Below, one piece after another: positions 9,829-19,747 of a DNA stretch of 64,000 bases (position 1 is its first letter; each line of letters opens with the position of its first letter). Under the pieces are notes generated by a model. The model did not search any database, was not told the origin of the DNA, and saw only the letters and a list, made by a program, of their open reading frames with translations. Source of the stretch: a virus; IMG/VR virus record IMGVR_UViG_3300036770_005287, positions 1-64,000 of that record. One strand, given 5' to 3'. The position numbers were made by a program, and so were the translations under genes.

Positions 9829-10422
9829 TTACACAAAAATTTGCGGGATTTGGCTACGATTGACTGCGCCGTCTGTCGAGCACTCAATAGTGACCGTGTT
9901 GTAAAGAAAGTGACCGCCTTTGGTCTTCGGCGCCGCCTGATTCCATTCCACCTGGCGCACGTATACCGCGGCTTTCATCCGGCGCCCCAGGTCCAGCATC
10001 ATCAGTTGAGGGATTTGCCCGCCTGGCGCAATTTCATTAAGCTCAGGAGCCTGCATCATGGCTAAGTACTTGAGCGGCAAATCGACTTGCGTTAGCGCGT
10101 CGTCATAGGCTGTAAAAGCCAGCTGCAACTGAAAGGTAAACGGCTCAGACCCTTCCCACACCAGGCGAGAGTTGAGCAATGACTTACTGGTGATATCCGT
10201 ACCAGCCTGCACGACATCGCCCGTCTTTGCCGTCATGCCCGCTGAGCCAATCGTGTCTGACTCAAACGGGCTATTCCATTGCTGGCCCAGTCTGATGGAG
10301 CACTCTTCGGTGATATAACCGACCACAGTCACAAAGCCAGCGCCAGGAATATCCCCGGATATCGTGGCTTTGTAAAAGTCGCTCAGACCATCACCGGCGC
10401 GCACGCCACAGACAATTGCCAT
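9829..10422 (-). CDS. Tube-initiator-like baseplate protein (P1 PmgG-like)
   Basis: 197 aa with 'WNSPF...VWEGS.P..F'; synteny. Confidence 0.55.
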   Translation of the reverse strand: MAIVCGVRAGDGLSDFYKATISGDIPGAGFVTVVGYITEECSIRLGQQWNSPFESDTIGSAGMTAKTGDVVQAGTDITSKSLLNSRLVWEGSEPFTFQLQLAFTAYDDALTQVDLPLKYLAMMQAPELNEIAPGGQIPQLMMLDLGRRMKAAVYVRQVEWNQAAPKTKGGHFLYNTVTIECSTDGAVNRSQIPQIFV

Positions 10423-11126
10423 TACAGGCCTGCTTTAGCGCGGATGCGGTTTGATTTACGACGCATCGCCTTAGCTGCAGCGGTATGCGCTTTTGTCCGG
10501 GCTTTACGCAGTGCTGCACGCTGAGCGGCGTTAATGCGGATTTTGCGGGTGCGTTTGCGGATAAACGTCACCCTGCCGCCGCGGACTACTTTTTTCATCT
10601 GAGACAAAATCAGGGATTCACGCACCGCAAAGTCGGCAACCAGCTCATCCGCACCATCTTTAGAAATGGCATTACGGATAGTTTCAGCGATATCCAAAGC
10701 GGCTTTTTCATCGCCTTCTTCCATCGCGTTCTGGATCAGGCGACTGTCAGCGCCAACAGAGGCCATAAACTCACCAATGAGCGCATACAGGCTGTTGTAT
10801 TCCGCATCCTGCGCATCGGTCAGCTCATCAATATCGGCTTCGTCATCATCCAGCACGGCGCCGAACACCATGGCATCCAGATCCGCCAGCTCTGACGCTT
10901 CATCCTGCGCCCACTGCAGCGCAATGGCAGCCGCTTCTGAGCGGATATCTTGCGTGGCCTTGCCTTCTACGGCTGAAAGCAGCTGCTCATCGCCCAAGCT
11001 TGATAAGAACATGACTTCCGTCACTTCCTGATTTTGCTGCGCCTGACTGGCTTGCGCAGCGTGCATGGCAGCAATCATGTTGGTACCGACCAGGCCGCCT
11101 GGCTTATAAACTTTATCTAAGCTCAT
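10422..11126 (-). CDS. Morphogenesis protein, P1 gp21-like
   Basis: Acidic body with a very basic C-terminus (AAQRAALRKARTKAHT), resembling prohead core proteins; follows the sheath gene. Confidence 0.6.
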   Translation of the reverse strand: MSLDKVYKPGGLVGTNMIAAMHAAQASQAQQNQEVTEVMFLSSLGDEQLLSAVEGKATQDIRSEAAAIALQWAQDEASELADLDAMVFGAVLDDDEADIDELTDAQDAEYNSLYALIGEFMASVGADSRLIQNAMEEGDEKAALDIAETIRNAISKDGADELVADFAVRESLILSQMKKVVRGGRVTFIRKRTRKIRINAAQRAALRKARTKAHTAAAKAMRRKSNRIRAKAGL

Positions 11127-11135
11127 CGCTTTTCC

Positions 11136-12719
11136 TTACTTAATTAGTTTTGATTGACCGGAGATCCGACGTGCAGCACCAGCAACGCAGATTGACCATT
11201 CGCAGTGGAAATGATCAGTCGATACTTTGCGGACAGTGAACGTATAAGGCGTGGTGCCATTGGCAGGATCAGTTGGCGTAACCAGGGCGCCGGCAGTGAC
11301 AAAATTGTCCAGCAAACGCTTCATTGCACGCGTCAGGCCTTCGACTGTTGCACCTTGCGGCTCATGCTTCAGGCCAATCGCCAGGCCCACAAAGGCACGA
11401 CCAATCGCTGCGTCAACTTCCTGAACCCAACCAAAGCGCAAATCGTTCTCTTTCGGCTGAGTGGTCAGGCAGTCATCAATCATCAGGCCGCCAGCTTGCG
11501 TGTTGCCGATTTTGTTGATCCGAGACTTATAAAGCGCCTCATAATCAAAGCCGGTAACGCCTTCGTTAATCTGCAGGCCTTTACGATTAATCGTGGCGCG
11601 CTCTTCGCCCGCACCTGGCACGTTCCAGGCGCCGACAATGGCGTTTTTGGCAACGGCTAAGGCTTGCGCCCGGAACGCGATACCGCTGATACCACAGTTA
11701 ATGCGCGTGCCGAATTCTGGATCCAGGAATGTGTACGGGAAATAGTACTGACGCACGTATTCACTGCTAAAGCCAAGTGCTGCAGCGCGGGTAATTGCAG
11801 TCGCAGGCGGCAGATTTGGCTCGATATCCGCCAGCAGCTCTGTCGCCGTGTCATAGCCCAGCGTCTTCATTGCCGTTAAAGCCGTATCGATATAACAACC
11901 AGCCGCAATAATATGCGTCCAGCTGATGCGAGTTTGCTTCACAGCTGTAATGGCAGCAGTAAACGCCGCTGCATCAACCAAGCTCAATGTGCCCGCTGTG
12001 CCGCCAGTAAAGGCAATGCGGTTGATTTTGGTATGGAAGAAAGACAGGTTGTTGACCGCAACTTTAATGCGAAGGCGTTGGCTATCAGTTGATAACTTAT
12101 CTTCGATAAAGGCCGGCCGGCCATTCACGTCCAGGGTATCTGTTGTGAATGACACAATATGCGATTCAATCACGACATCGACGTTATTGCTGTCCACTTC
12201 AAACAAATTCAGCACAAAGTAACCAGCGCCGTATTGCGCCGTGTCCGCTGGCGTGATTTCCAGCTTGCGTACTTTATCTGTGTCGCCGTCAATCAGCTGA
12301 ATAGCGCAGATATCATCGGCGGCCAGTGTCAACGCGGCATCATGCGCTTGCGCAGAAGGTGTGACCGGGTTTGGATCGGTTTGGGCGCCGCCTACTTTTT
12401 TGGCAATTTTCAGCACCGGCGCTTTGTAGTCACTCGGGACGACGCGCATCACATAGCCGGAGGCACCTTCAACTGCTTCACCGACCTGGCGGAAACCTTC
12501 AGCCAATACGCTGTCGCGCATGTGATAAGGACGGCCAAGCACGTTGCGGTAATTATCTTTGTTAACCAGCATTGGCACGCCAGGGCGGCCTTTGCGGGCA
12601 ACGACAAACGCCAGAAACGCCGGATTACCCGTTGCTGGGGCTTCTGCGGTTAAGCTGGCATCCGTGCGCCCAAGTGTCACTTGCGAGACATTTGAGATAC
12701 TGCGGGAAAATTCATTCAT
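11136..12719 (-). CDS. Contractile tail sheath protein (P1 gp22-like)
   Basis: 527 aa with sheath C-terminal motifs (AGEERA, RINKI, DDCLT); synteny. Confidence 0.8.
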   Translation of the reverse strand: MNEFSRSISNVSQVTLGRTDASLTAEAPATGNPAFLAFVVARKGRPGVPMLVNKDNYRNVLGRPYHMRDSVLAEGFRQVGEAVEGASGYVMRVVPSDYKAPVLKIAKKVGGAQTDPNPVTPSAQAHDAALTLAADDICAIQLIDGDTDKVRKLEITPADTAQYGAGYFVLNLFEVDSNNVDVVIESHIVSFTTDTLDVNGRPAFIEDKLSTDSQRLRIKVAVNNLSFFHTKINRIAFTGGTAGTLSLVDAAAFTAAITAVKQTRISWTHIIAAGCYIDTALTAMKTLGYDTATELLADIEPNLPPATAITRAAALGFSSEYVRQYYFPYTFLDPEFGTRINCGISGIAFRAQALAVAKNAIVGAWNVPGAGEERATINRKGLQINEGVTGFDYEALYKSRINKIGNTQAGGLMIDDCLTTQPKENDLRFGWVQEVDAAIGRAFVGLAIGLKHEPQGATVEGLTRAMKRLLDNFVTAGALVTPTDPANGTTPYTFTVRKVSTDHFHCEWSICVAGAARRISGQSKLIK

Positions 12720-12772
12720 CTTTCAGATTCCGCTATCAGATCCGAGAAAGCCGGGCGGGCCCGGCATCGCAT

Positions 12773-13228
12773 TTATGGTTTTTGGGCTTTCTGACGGCCA
12801 GTTTTTGGCGCCGGCTCTTGCGCAGCATCGGTTTTCTGCTCAGTTGCCGCGTCAACCGTGACTGTAGGTTGCTCAGTCTGCGCATCTGATGCGCCAGCAG
12901 GGGCCGGATCCGTTACATCTTCTTCAGTCAGGCTGCTGGCGGTTTGTGCCGCATTAATCAGCTCAGCATTAGGGCCATCAGCGTCTTCGCCGTCGCTACC
13001 GGATTCGCGCAGAAAGGGCCGGATCTCCACTTGAATATGCGGATTTTCATTGCCCAGATATTCAGCCATCGCTTGCGCTTCTGGCTCAGGCAGTAAAAAT
13101 GATTGCGGTTCATCGCTTTCATGTTCGCGGGCGCTCAGCACGCGGCAGCCGCCAATGGTGTAACTGGTACCAGAAAAGTTACTGACCAGGACCTGGCAAA
13201 TAGCCGCAGCTACTATTGTCTTTTCCAT
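12773..13228 (-). CDS. Hypothetical protein with acidic/disordered C-terminus between capsid and sheath genes
   Basis: 151-aa ORF with SD-like GAG upstream; extra relative to P1 gene order. Confidence 0.6.
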   Translation of the reverse strand: MEKTIVAAAICQVLVSNFSGTSYTIGGCRVLSAREHESDEPQSFLLPEPEAQAMAEYLGNENPHIQVEIRPFLRESGSDGEDADGPNAELINAAQTASSLTEEDVTDPAPAGASDAQTEQPTVTVDAATEQKTDAAQEPAPKTGRQKAQKP

Positions 13229-13293
13229 TTCAATCTCACTGTGATTCGTTGAAAGATGGCGACCTGCTCAGCAGGCCGCCGTCATGGGCTGGA

Positions 13294-14931
13294 TTACAGG
13301 TTGACTGCAGCCAGACCGGTCAGCTCGAACATGACAAAGAAGTCTTCACCGCCGTTAGGGTGAACTTCGTCATAGCCTTGTTGCAGCACAGTGTCTTGCT
13401 TCAGGAAGCCGCGCTGAGAGTCTTGCGTTACGACCATTGGCGGCACTACATCGCCTGAGATATAAGCGGCTTTGCCAAGGTCTGTAGAACGTGCAACGCC
13501 CAGTGCCTGACCCGCAGGAATGGCGGCAGGGAATGGCACTTCGAACACGCGAATGGTGCCGTTTAAGGTGCCTGCAAAGTGAATGCGCGCTTCACGCTGA
13601 TAACCAGCAGGACGCACCAACAGGTCGCCCAGCATCGCCAGGAAGTTGACGAATTCAGGTGATGCATACAGGTGAGTTAAGCCGGCGCGCTCAGTGCGCT
13701 TCAACAAATCACCATCCGCTTTGACGAATTGTGCTTTTACCAGCTCCCAGGCTTCTTTCCATTCGCCGTTTACTGGCGTTGGCACTGCGAAAGAACGTTT
13801 ATCTGTGCAACGGAAAGCCATATCGGTCAGTTGACCCACTGCTTTTTCGTTGGCGAGCAGGAATTTTGCAGTATTTAACAACTGGCTGCGCGTGTTGATT
13901 GCGAATTCAGACAGTGAAGCCAGCGTTGCTTGCACGGTTGAGTTCACGCCCAGGTAGCGATAGAACGGGACCAGTACAAAGTTTTCCATCTGCTGATCGA
14001 TAATCGGCGTCAGGGCTGACTGGTTTTCGATATCAATTTCTACTTCCGCATGCAGCGTTGTGCCTGACGGCAATGCCGGCGTCGATGTCAATGAAATCTG
14101 ACCGTTTGTGTAGTTAGGCGTCGCTGTCAGCGTGTAAGTAGTTGCGCCAATTTTAATCTGGCCGGCCGGTGTACCTTGACCAGAATAATCAGAAACCACT
14201 TTGCGTTTGTTGACCAGGACCGCCAGCGCGCCTTTACGGATAGGCATTGCAGCGCCTTGCGTCGTTGATGCAATATCAAAGGCAAAGGTAGTCAGTGTAC
14301 CGTTTGGTACCGTCTGGAAAGCCCAGCGCTGACGCGCAGCTGAGTATTGACCAGAAGTGAAAGCGCCAATTTTGTCGCCTTTGTTGAAGTCACCGAATTT
14401 GCTGCCTGCAACGTTTTGGATAGCGAAAATTTCCGCTTTCAGTGACGCCGGGTTAGGCAGATATACAATGACTTCGTTCAGTGGATTCGCAAGCAGTGTT
14501 GGCAGGACCAGTGCGGCCGTATTCGCGCGAATTTCCAGACCTTTGGTAGTACCCATGGTTTCCGGGTTCAGCGCAGATAGCAGCATACCTTCTTGCGGCG
14601 CACCATCAACAGTTACCAGGTTTTTCAGCTGTTGATATGCGGATGACAGAATGTGATCTGATGGCATTGCGCCATTGTCACGCACATAGTCGGCAATCGA
14701 TTGTGACCATACCACGGCAACTTCGGCGCCTTTATCACCAAGAGCGGAAAAGATACTATCCGATCCCATAGCTGCAGCACGAATAGCCGCAACGCTGTCA
14801 ACAGCACTCAACAGATGACCGGAGGCGTCGTAGCATGGATCCAGCAGGACTGAGGTTAAGGCGCGAACATTCGAGCCAATCTGTTTTTCGAACGCGGTAA
14901 GGCGTGCTTTTTGTTCTTTGTTCATGGACAT
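13294..14931 (-). CDS. Major capsid protein (P1 gp23-like)
   Basis: 545 aa; size and position upstream of sheath match P1 gp23; contains LLS(A) motifs (see finding). Confidence 0.75.
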   Translation of the reverse strand: MSMNKEQKARLTAFEKQIGSNVRALTSVLLDPCYDASGHLLSAVDSVAAIRAAAMGSDSIFSALGDKGAEVAVVWSQSIADYVRDNGAMPSDHILSSAYQQLKNLVTVDGAPQEGMLLSALNPETMGTTKGLEIRANTAALVLPTLLANPLNEVIVYLPNPASLKAEIFAIQNVAGSKFGDFNKGDKIGAFTSGQYSAARQRWAFQTVPNGTLTTFAFDIASTTQGAAMPIRKGALAVLVNKRKVVSDYSGQGTPAGQIKIGATTYTLTATPNYTNGQISLTSTPALPSGTTLHAEVEIDIENQSALTPIIDQQMENFVLVPFYRYLGVNSTVQATLASLSEFAINTRSQLLNTAKFLLANEKAVGQLTDMAFRCTDKRSFAVPTPVNGEWKEAWELVKAQFVKADGDLLKRTERAGLTHLYASPEFVNFLAMLGDLLVRPAGYQREARIHFAGTLNGTIRVFEVPFPAAIPAGQALGVARSTDLGKAAYISGDVVPPMVVTQDSQRGFLKQDTVLQQGYDEVHPNGGEDFFVMFELTGLAAVNL

Positions 14932-14949
14932 GTGGGTATCAACTCCAAT

Positions 14950-15348
14950 TTAGGTTTTGTGACTTAAAATTGCCTGGCGGAGTGATCCGGTCAGCAAACT
15001 GGTGTTTGGTGCCGTCGTTTCACTGAGCACCTGAAAAATCTGTTGAATGAGCGCCTGGACGTGGGCGCTTAATTTGTTGAAGTCGGTCAGTAGGTCGGAT
15101 TCACCGCGCACCGGGCGCCATGATTTGCCATACCGCCAGCCGTCAGCGGTCAGTTGTTGGCAGTGATAGGCGTGCAGATCAGCGGCGCAAGAGACATTGC
15201 CGGCAGCAACCAGGGAGATAACTGCAGCGAGCTTTTTATGAATGCGGCGCCGATGACCCACACATAACTGCGAATAAGGCTTCACGGTTTGGCCGGTGGC
15301 CTTGGCCGTCAATTCGTGAATGAGGGAAGCGCAGCGGGCAATGCGCAT
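14950..15348 (-). CDS. RyR-domain-like phage protein
   Basis: 'H..H......GWRYG.......SDLL..F..L' resembles the RyR repeat motif; TAATG coupling to the upstream gene. Confidence 0.5.
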   Translation of the reverse strand: MRIARCASLIHELTAKATGQTVKPYSQLCVGHRRRIHKKLAAVISLVAAGNVSCAADLHAYHCQQLTADGWRYGKSWRPVRGESDLLTDFNKLSAHVQALIQQIFQVLSETTAPNTSLLTGSLRQAILSHKT

Positions 15349-15833
15349 TACTGCACCCCGCAATGCCGGCAGCGCTCTAAATACTCTTCAGGCGAACCCT
15401 TGCCGTCTTCGGTGTTGTAATGGTCTTTCCAGTATTGTGCGCGGCCTTCATGCGTATCAGGGATAGGCGCTGTCACCGTGCGATAGCGCAGACGGCAGAA
15501 AATGAGGCACAGCAGCGGGCTGAAATCCAATTCGCGGTACTGGACCTTCGATAAATCGACGTTAAAGGCGTCTTTTAAGAGCGGTGCCACGTCTTTATCG
15601 TTTTGATACTTACCTTTGAGCCAGTCAAAGGTGCCTTCATCGACCTGAGCGACCCCAGCACCAGCGCCATACAGCGTTTTATCGCGCGCCTGGGCGCACA
15701 GCGTTTCAGCGGCGCAAGTCCCCATCACCTGAGCAACAGCCGTTTTTTTGATGCCATGCCCAAGCACGTCACAAACCTGATGCGCCTGCTCTAACAGGGC
15801 TTGCTGACTCACTACGCCGTAATAAAGTGCCAT
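15348..15833 (-). CDS. Putative lysozyme-fold endolysin
   Basis: 'TCAAET...G.G..Q...T...RLRY...IP....RA.YWK.HYNT..GKG' signature of a phage lysozyme-like family; first gene of the late operon. Confidence 0.6.
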   Translation of the reverse strand: MALYYGVVSQQALLEQAHQVCDVLGHGIKKTAVAQVMGTCAAETLCAQARDKTLYGAGAGVAQVDEGTFDWLKGKYQNDKDVAPLLKDAFNVDLSKVQYRELDFSPLLCLIFCRLRYRTVTAPIPDTHEGRAQYWKDHYNTEDGKGSPEEYLERCRHCGVQ

Positions 15834-15873
15834 AATGTGTAGTTTTTAAAAATTGCGTATTTAAATACTACAC

Positions 15874-15885
15874 AACGTTAGGATA
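15874..15885 (+). promoter_or_regulatory. AACGTTAGGATA motif
   Basis: Exact copy in the divergent region between the endolysin and the dam operon. Confidence 0.7.
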
Positions 15886-15942
15886 AACTGAAAATTAACC
15901 GCCTTTTCGCGGCAAGCAAGAGTCATTACTAACGGGCAGACC

Positions 15943-16239
15943 ATGAAATTAACCAGACAACCGCGCAGCCATTACGCGCGCAACACAAAGCCTGCAGATA
16001 AGGGCGCCGACTACGCACTGACGCCTGATGAATCGCGGGATATCACCGTTCGTTACGGGACTATCAAATACTGCGCAATCGCGCAAGGTTGGATTTTACC
16101 CGCTGGCAGTAAACAGGCTGATCGGATTGTCCGGTGCGAAAAGAAAGCCCGGCATTTTGCGTTAAAGCTCGATGAACTCATCAGACGCAATTTATCCATG
16201 ACATCACTCAATAGCCGCCTGATTGTATACGGGGGCTAA
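15943..16239 (+). CDS. DUF1317-like phage protein
   Basis: 'ITV..GTIKY.....GWILP' motif. Confidence 0.5.
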   Translation: MKLTRQPRSHYARNTKPADKGADYALTPDESRDITVRYGTIKYCAIAQGWILPAGSKQADRIVRCEKKARHFALKLDELIRRNLSMTSLNSRLIVYGG

Positions 16240-16629
16240 ATGAGCATTGATGAACGTTTGGAAGCCGCCAATGCGGTTATATCTGCCATTGCCGGCAAAG
16301 GCCGGCGCCTATTCTTCTGTGTGCAGCACAACACGACTGCAATGCTGCTTTTAGACTCACACGGCGAAGTCCTTTACAAAGACCCGGTAACAGGGCAGCA
16401 CTTTATTGCGCAGCCGATTGAAGCCTGGGCGGGACTGAGTGACCCGCAAGCACGCACTATCATCATTGCCCTGGCTGAATTTGTCAGAACCGGCCGACGC
16501 TTTGATGCAAGCCTTATCGGACAGCCCTATATCACGTTACCCGGCAATCACTGGAATTATCCGGAGAGTGATTTACAGGCCATTCGGGACCACGCTTTTA
16601 GCCTTGGCGTTGTCAAGGGGGCCGCATGA
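16240..16629 (+). CDS. Hypothetical phage protein
   Basis: 129-aa ORF in a tightly coupled + operon. Confidence 0.6.
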   Translation: MSIDERLEAANAVISAIAGKGRRLFFCVQHNTTAMLLLDSHGEVLYKDPVTGQHFIAQPIEAWAGLSDPQARTIIIALAEFVRTGRRFDASLIGQPYITLPGNHWNYPESDLQAIRDHAFSLGVVKGAA

Positions 16630-17033
16630 CAGAGCTCACCGAAATCCACGTCAATGACTTATCAGGCCTGGCGCTTGATTGGGCGACTGCAAAAGCGCTG
16701 AAACTCAATGTTGTTGTTCTGCCAATTGAGCGCAATCAGTACGCGCTGGCCGCAATCAGCAAAGATGACGCAGGACAAATCACCACAAAACCATGCAACT
16801 ACTCCACCGATTGGCAACTGACCGGCCAACTACTGGACCAATTTTACTTTGACTACCGAGCCATTCGCGCACCTGGCGACATTTACTATGTGGCATTCGT
16901 TCAGAACGGAAAACGCAGCTCTAACCACTGCAGAAGCAAAACCAGTCAAGAGGCGATTTGCAAAGCGCTTGTTTATGAGTTTTTAGGCTGGCGGATCTCT
17001 ATTCCAAAAGAACTTATCCAGAGGGCGGCATGA
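16626..17033 (+). CDS. NinX/DUF2591-like protein
   Basis: 'LSGLALDWATAKAL...YSTDW...G.LL' motif. Confidence 0.6.
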   Translation: MTELTEIHVNDLSGLALDWATAKALKLNVVVLPIERNQYALAAISKDDAGQITTKPCNYSTDWQLTGQLLDQFYFDYRAIRAPGDIYYVAFVQNGKRSSNHCRSKTSQEAICKALVYEFLGWRISIPKELIQRAA

Positions 17034-18082
17034 TGCAGCGGCCGTTCCTCAAATGGGCTGGCGGCAAGGCCAAACAGGCTGAGCGCATTGCAGCCCTATT
17101 GCCCCGCGCAAAAACATTGGTAGAGCCCTTTGTGGGCGCCGGTGCGATATTCCTGAACACGGAATACGACCATTATGTGCTCAGTGACATTAATCCGGAC
17201 CTGATCAATACGTTTGTGCAGTTGCAGGCGGATCCGGTCGGCTTTATCGATGCGACTGCTGGCTATTTCACGCCTGAGCACAATAACGCCGATAAGTTCT
17301 TGGAACTGCGCGCAGTCTTTAATACGACCGACAACCTGTTTTTAAAGGCAGTGCTTTTCGTCTATCTCAATCGCCATTGCTTTAACGGGCTTTGCCGGTA
17401 TAACCAGGCTGGCGGCTTTAATGTGGCTTTTGGCAAGTACACAGCGCCGATGTTTCCCGGTGAAGAGCTAAAAGCATTTGCTGAAAAGCTGGCGCGCGCA
17501 GAAATCCATTGCAGGAGCTTTGAGCAAACGTTCACTGAGCTGCCCGCGGATTGCGTTGTGTACTGTGATCCGCCATACGTGCCGCTGTCTGATACCGCTT
17601 ATTTCACCGCATACAGCACTGACGGCTTTGCGCCTGAGCAGCAACAACTGCTGGCGGATTTAGCCGGCAATTGTCCGGCGCCGGTCCTGGTATCAAACCA
17701 CAACACAGCGGTTACGCGTGACTTATACAGCAAAGCACAAATCACTGACTTTGAAGTGCAACGCAATATCTCACAAAAAGGCGATTCACGCGGTAAGGCA
17801 AAAGAGCTCTTAGCGCTTTTCCCAGCAGTGCAGACCGCCAGCACCGACACCATACGCCAGGCCATCACAGACCATCTACAGCGCTTGTTAACTCAACCAA
17901 AGCAACGAAAAAAGCCAGCCAAGGTAAAGCCGCCAGCGCCTCAGCTCGATTTGCTGTCGGATGCTTATGAATGCTGCGGTACGACGTTTCCGGACACGTT
18001 AGGTAAATACAGTTGCCCGAATTGTACCGGTGAGAACAAAACCAGGTTTATCAGTGCAACACAACAGGAGAAAACCGCATGA
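17030..18082 (+). CDS. dam: DNA adenine methyltransferase Dam (GATC) with C-terminal extension
   Basis: FLKWAGGK, EPFVGAG, LNRHCFNGLCRYN and DPPY motifs. Confidence 0.95.
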   Translation: MMQRPFLKWAGGKAKQAERIAALLPRAKTLVEPFVGAGAIFLNTEYDHYVLSDINPDLINTFVQLQADPVGFIDATAGYFTPEHNNADKFLELRAVFNTTDNLFLKAVLFVYLNRHCFNGLCRYNQAGGFNVAFGKYTAPMFPGEELKAFAEKLARAEIHCRSFEQTFTELPADCVVYCDPPYVPLSDTAYFTAYSTDGFAPEQQQLLADLAGNCPAPVLVSNHNTAVTRDLYSKAQITDFEVQRNISQKGDSRGKAKELLALFPAVQTASTDTIRQAITDHLQRLLTQPKQRKKPAKVKPPAPQLDLLSDAYECCGTTFPDTLGKYSCPNCTGENKTRFISATQQEKTA

Positions 18083-18770
18083 AAGTAGCCACTATCCTTT
18101 TGGTGTTTTGGGCCATGGTCGGATGCGTAGCGCTGGTGATGATGCTTTGCGCTTACGCCTCAAGCCGGCCATTCAAATATGTGGAAATAATGGCGCTGGC
18201 GGGCCTGTTTTTGCTGTTTTCGTTACTGGTAATGACAGGGCTTTACATCATCACTGAAGCCGGCTTTGCAAACATGCGGGTAGTGGATTGGCAATGATAG
18301 CGGCCCTATTTTTTGCCTCACTCTTTAACGTGTTTCTGCTCGGGCTCAGCAGTCAGATTGTGCGCGATCAGCGCGTTGTCGCCGCCTTCTTAATCAGCTG
18401 GTGCATTAGTACTGCACAGTTCCTGTATACCCGGTATGTCTCTGCTGCAGATGATCCACTGGTTGCGTTTTTTGCCAGTGGCGCCGGCGGATCAATCGGC
18501 ATTGTGGCGAGCATTTACTTCTATCGCTGGTACCAGTCCAGGCGACCCAACAATTAAACGGAGATCCCAATGCTTAAAAAAGTCCTGCTTACATCAATGG
18601 CATTCCTTGGCATGTGCCCGGCAGCAACGGCCGCCACTTCAGCATGCCCGGAAACACGCAAGTTAGCCAAAGAGCTGGCGCGCGAAACTAACGGCAGATT
18701 TGAAATTATTGAAAAGCCTGATAGCCGCAAGCGTAGCAAACGCAAATGGAGGCATGGCGGCAGGCCATAA
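18079..18770 (+). other. Three small ORFs: two membrane proteins (18079..18297, 18288..18557) and a signal-peptide-like protein (18570..18770)
   Basis: Overlapping start/stop codons and hydrophobic segments. Confidence 0.55.
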
Positions 18771-18838
18771 CAATTCACTGCGGCAAAGATTGAATATTTA
18801 AAGAAGCGCCCCCAGAAAAACAATGCACAGAATCACCT

Positions 18839-19150
18839 GTGAAACAGAATGGGGCGCGGATAATAATGAGCAACGACATTAACTGGAAGAAATTTCAGTT
18901 CATTACAACAGTGCAGACTGCACTGATCAACAACGCTATCAATTTGTCACTGAACGAAGATGCAAAGGATAAGCGCCATATTTTTTCGGCCACGGGCACC
19001 CTTGGCATGATGGACGACGCATTTTACGCTGCGGAACGGATCCCGGAAAAGATGTCTGCCTCTGAAGCCGCTGCTGATTTTGTTGGGTATATGTGCGAAA
19101 ACCTCAGAGAGCCAGATGACAAGCTGCCGCATTGGTTCGCTCGGTACTAA
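18839..19150 (+). CDS. Hypothetical protein
   Basis: ORF ending the + operon; the true start may be the later ATG (MSNDINW). Confidence 0.55.
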   Translation: MKQNGARIIMSNDINWKKFQFITTVQTALINNAINLSLNEDAKDKRHIFSATGTLGMMDDAFYAAERIPEKMSASEAAADFVGYMCENLREPDDKLPHWFARY

Positions 19151-19180
19151 ATGATGTTGTCCAGACGGCATCTAGAACCC

Positions 19181-19747
19181 TTATTTTACCGGGTAAACGC
19201 CGCCAGACGTAAAAGAGCCCATCACCACCGCTGCAGAATTGAGATAACCGCATAAAGGCGCCACAGCGGCGCCTATCCAGCTTCCTTTCGCATGCTGCCC
19301 TGTCATGGTAAGGCCTGATGATAACTCCGCGTTGATAGCCGATTGCAAAGCGCCGGCATTGAGCCCGGTTAACTGAAAGGTACCGCTGCCATCGGTCGGT
19401 ATTGATACCTTGAGCTTTGCCATAATTTCACTGCAAATAGCCTTACTGACTGCGCGCGATATCTCAGCAGCTTTGCAGTGTGGGTTATCCATTTTGACGC
19501 CCTTGGCGCTCAGCGCTGCCTTAATTTTACTTTCCATACCTGGCTGGGATAGGGCGCTGACGGCATAGGTCCCGCCTGCGCGACTCGGGACCGTGACTTT
19601 GCCACTGGCTAAGAGCTCATTAATCACGCCCTCAGCAATCGCTGCAGGCAACCAGGCCGCTTTACTGTGCTCACCGCCCAGCACAAAGCCGGCTGATGTC
19701 ATGCCGCCAATTAGAACGGATTCAGCAGCTGATACAGATAACGTCAT
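19181..19747 (-). CDS. Virion-associated hypothetical protein downstream of the spike gene
   Basis: Coupled to the gp5-like gene; Ala/Gly-rich with internal repetition. Confidence 0.55.
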   Translation of the reverse strand: MTLSVSAAESVLIGGMTSAGFVLGGEHSKAAWLPAAIAEGVINELLASGKVTVPSRAGGTYAVSALSQPGMESKIKAALSAKGVKMDNPHCKAAEISRAVSKAICSEIMAKLKVSIPTDGSGTFQLTGLNAGALQSAINAELSSGLTMTGQHAKGSWIGAAVAPLCGYLNSAAVVMGSFTSGGVYPVK

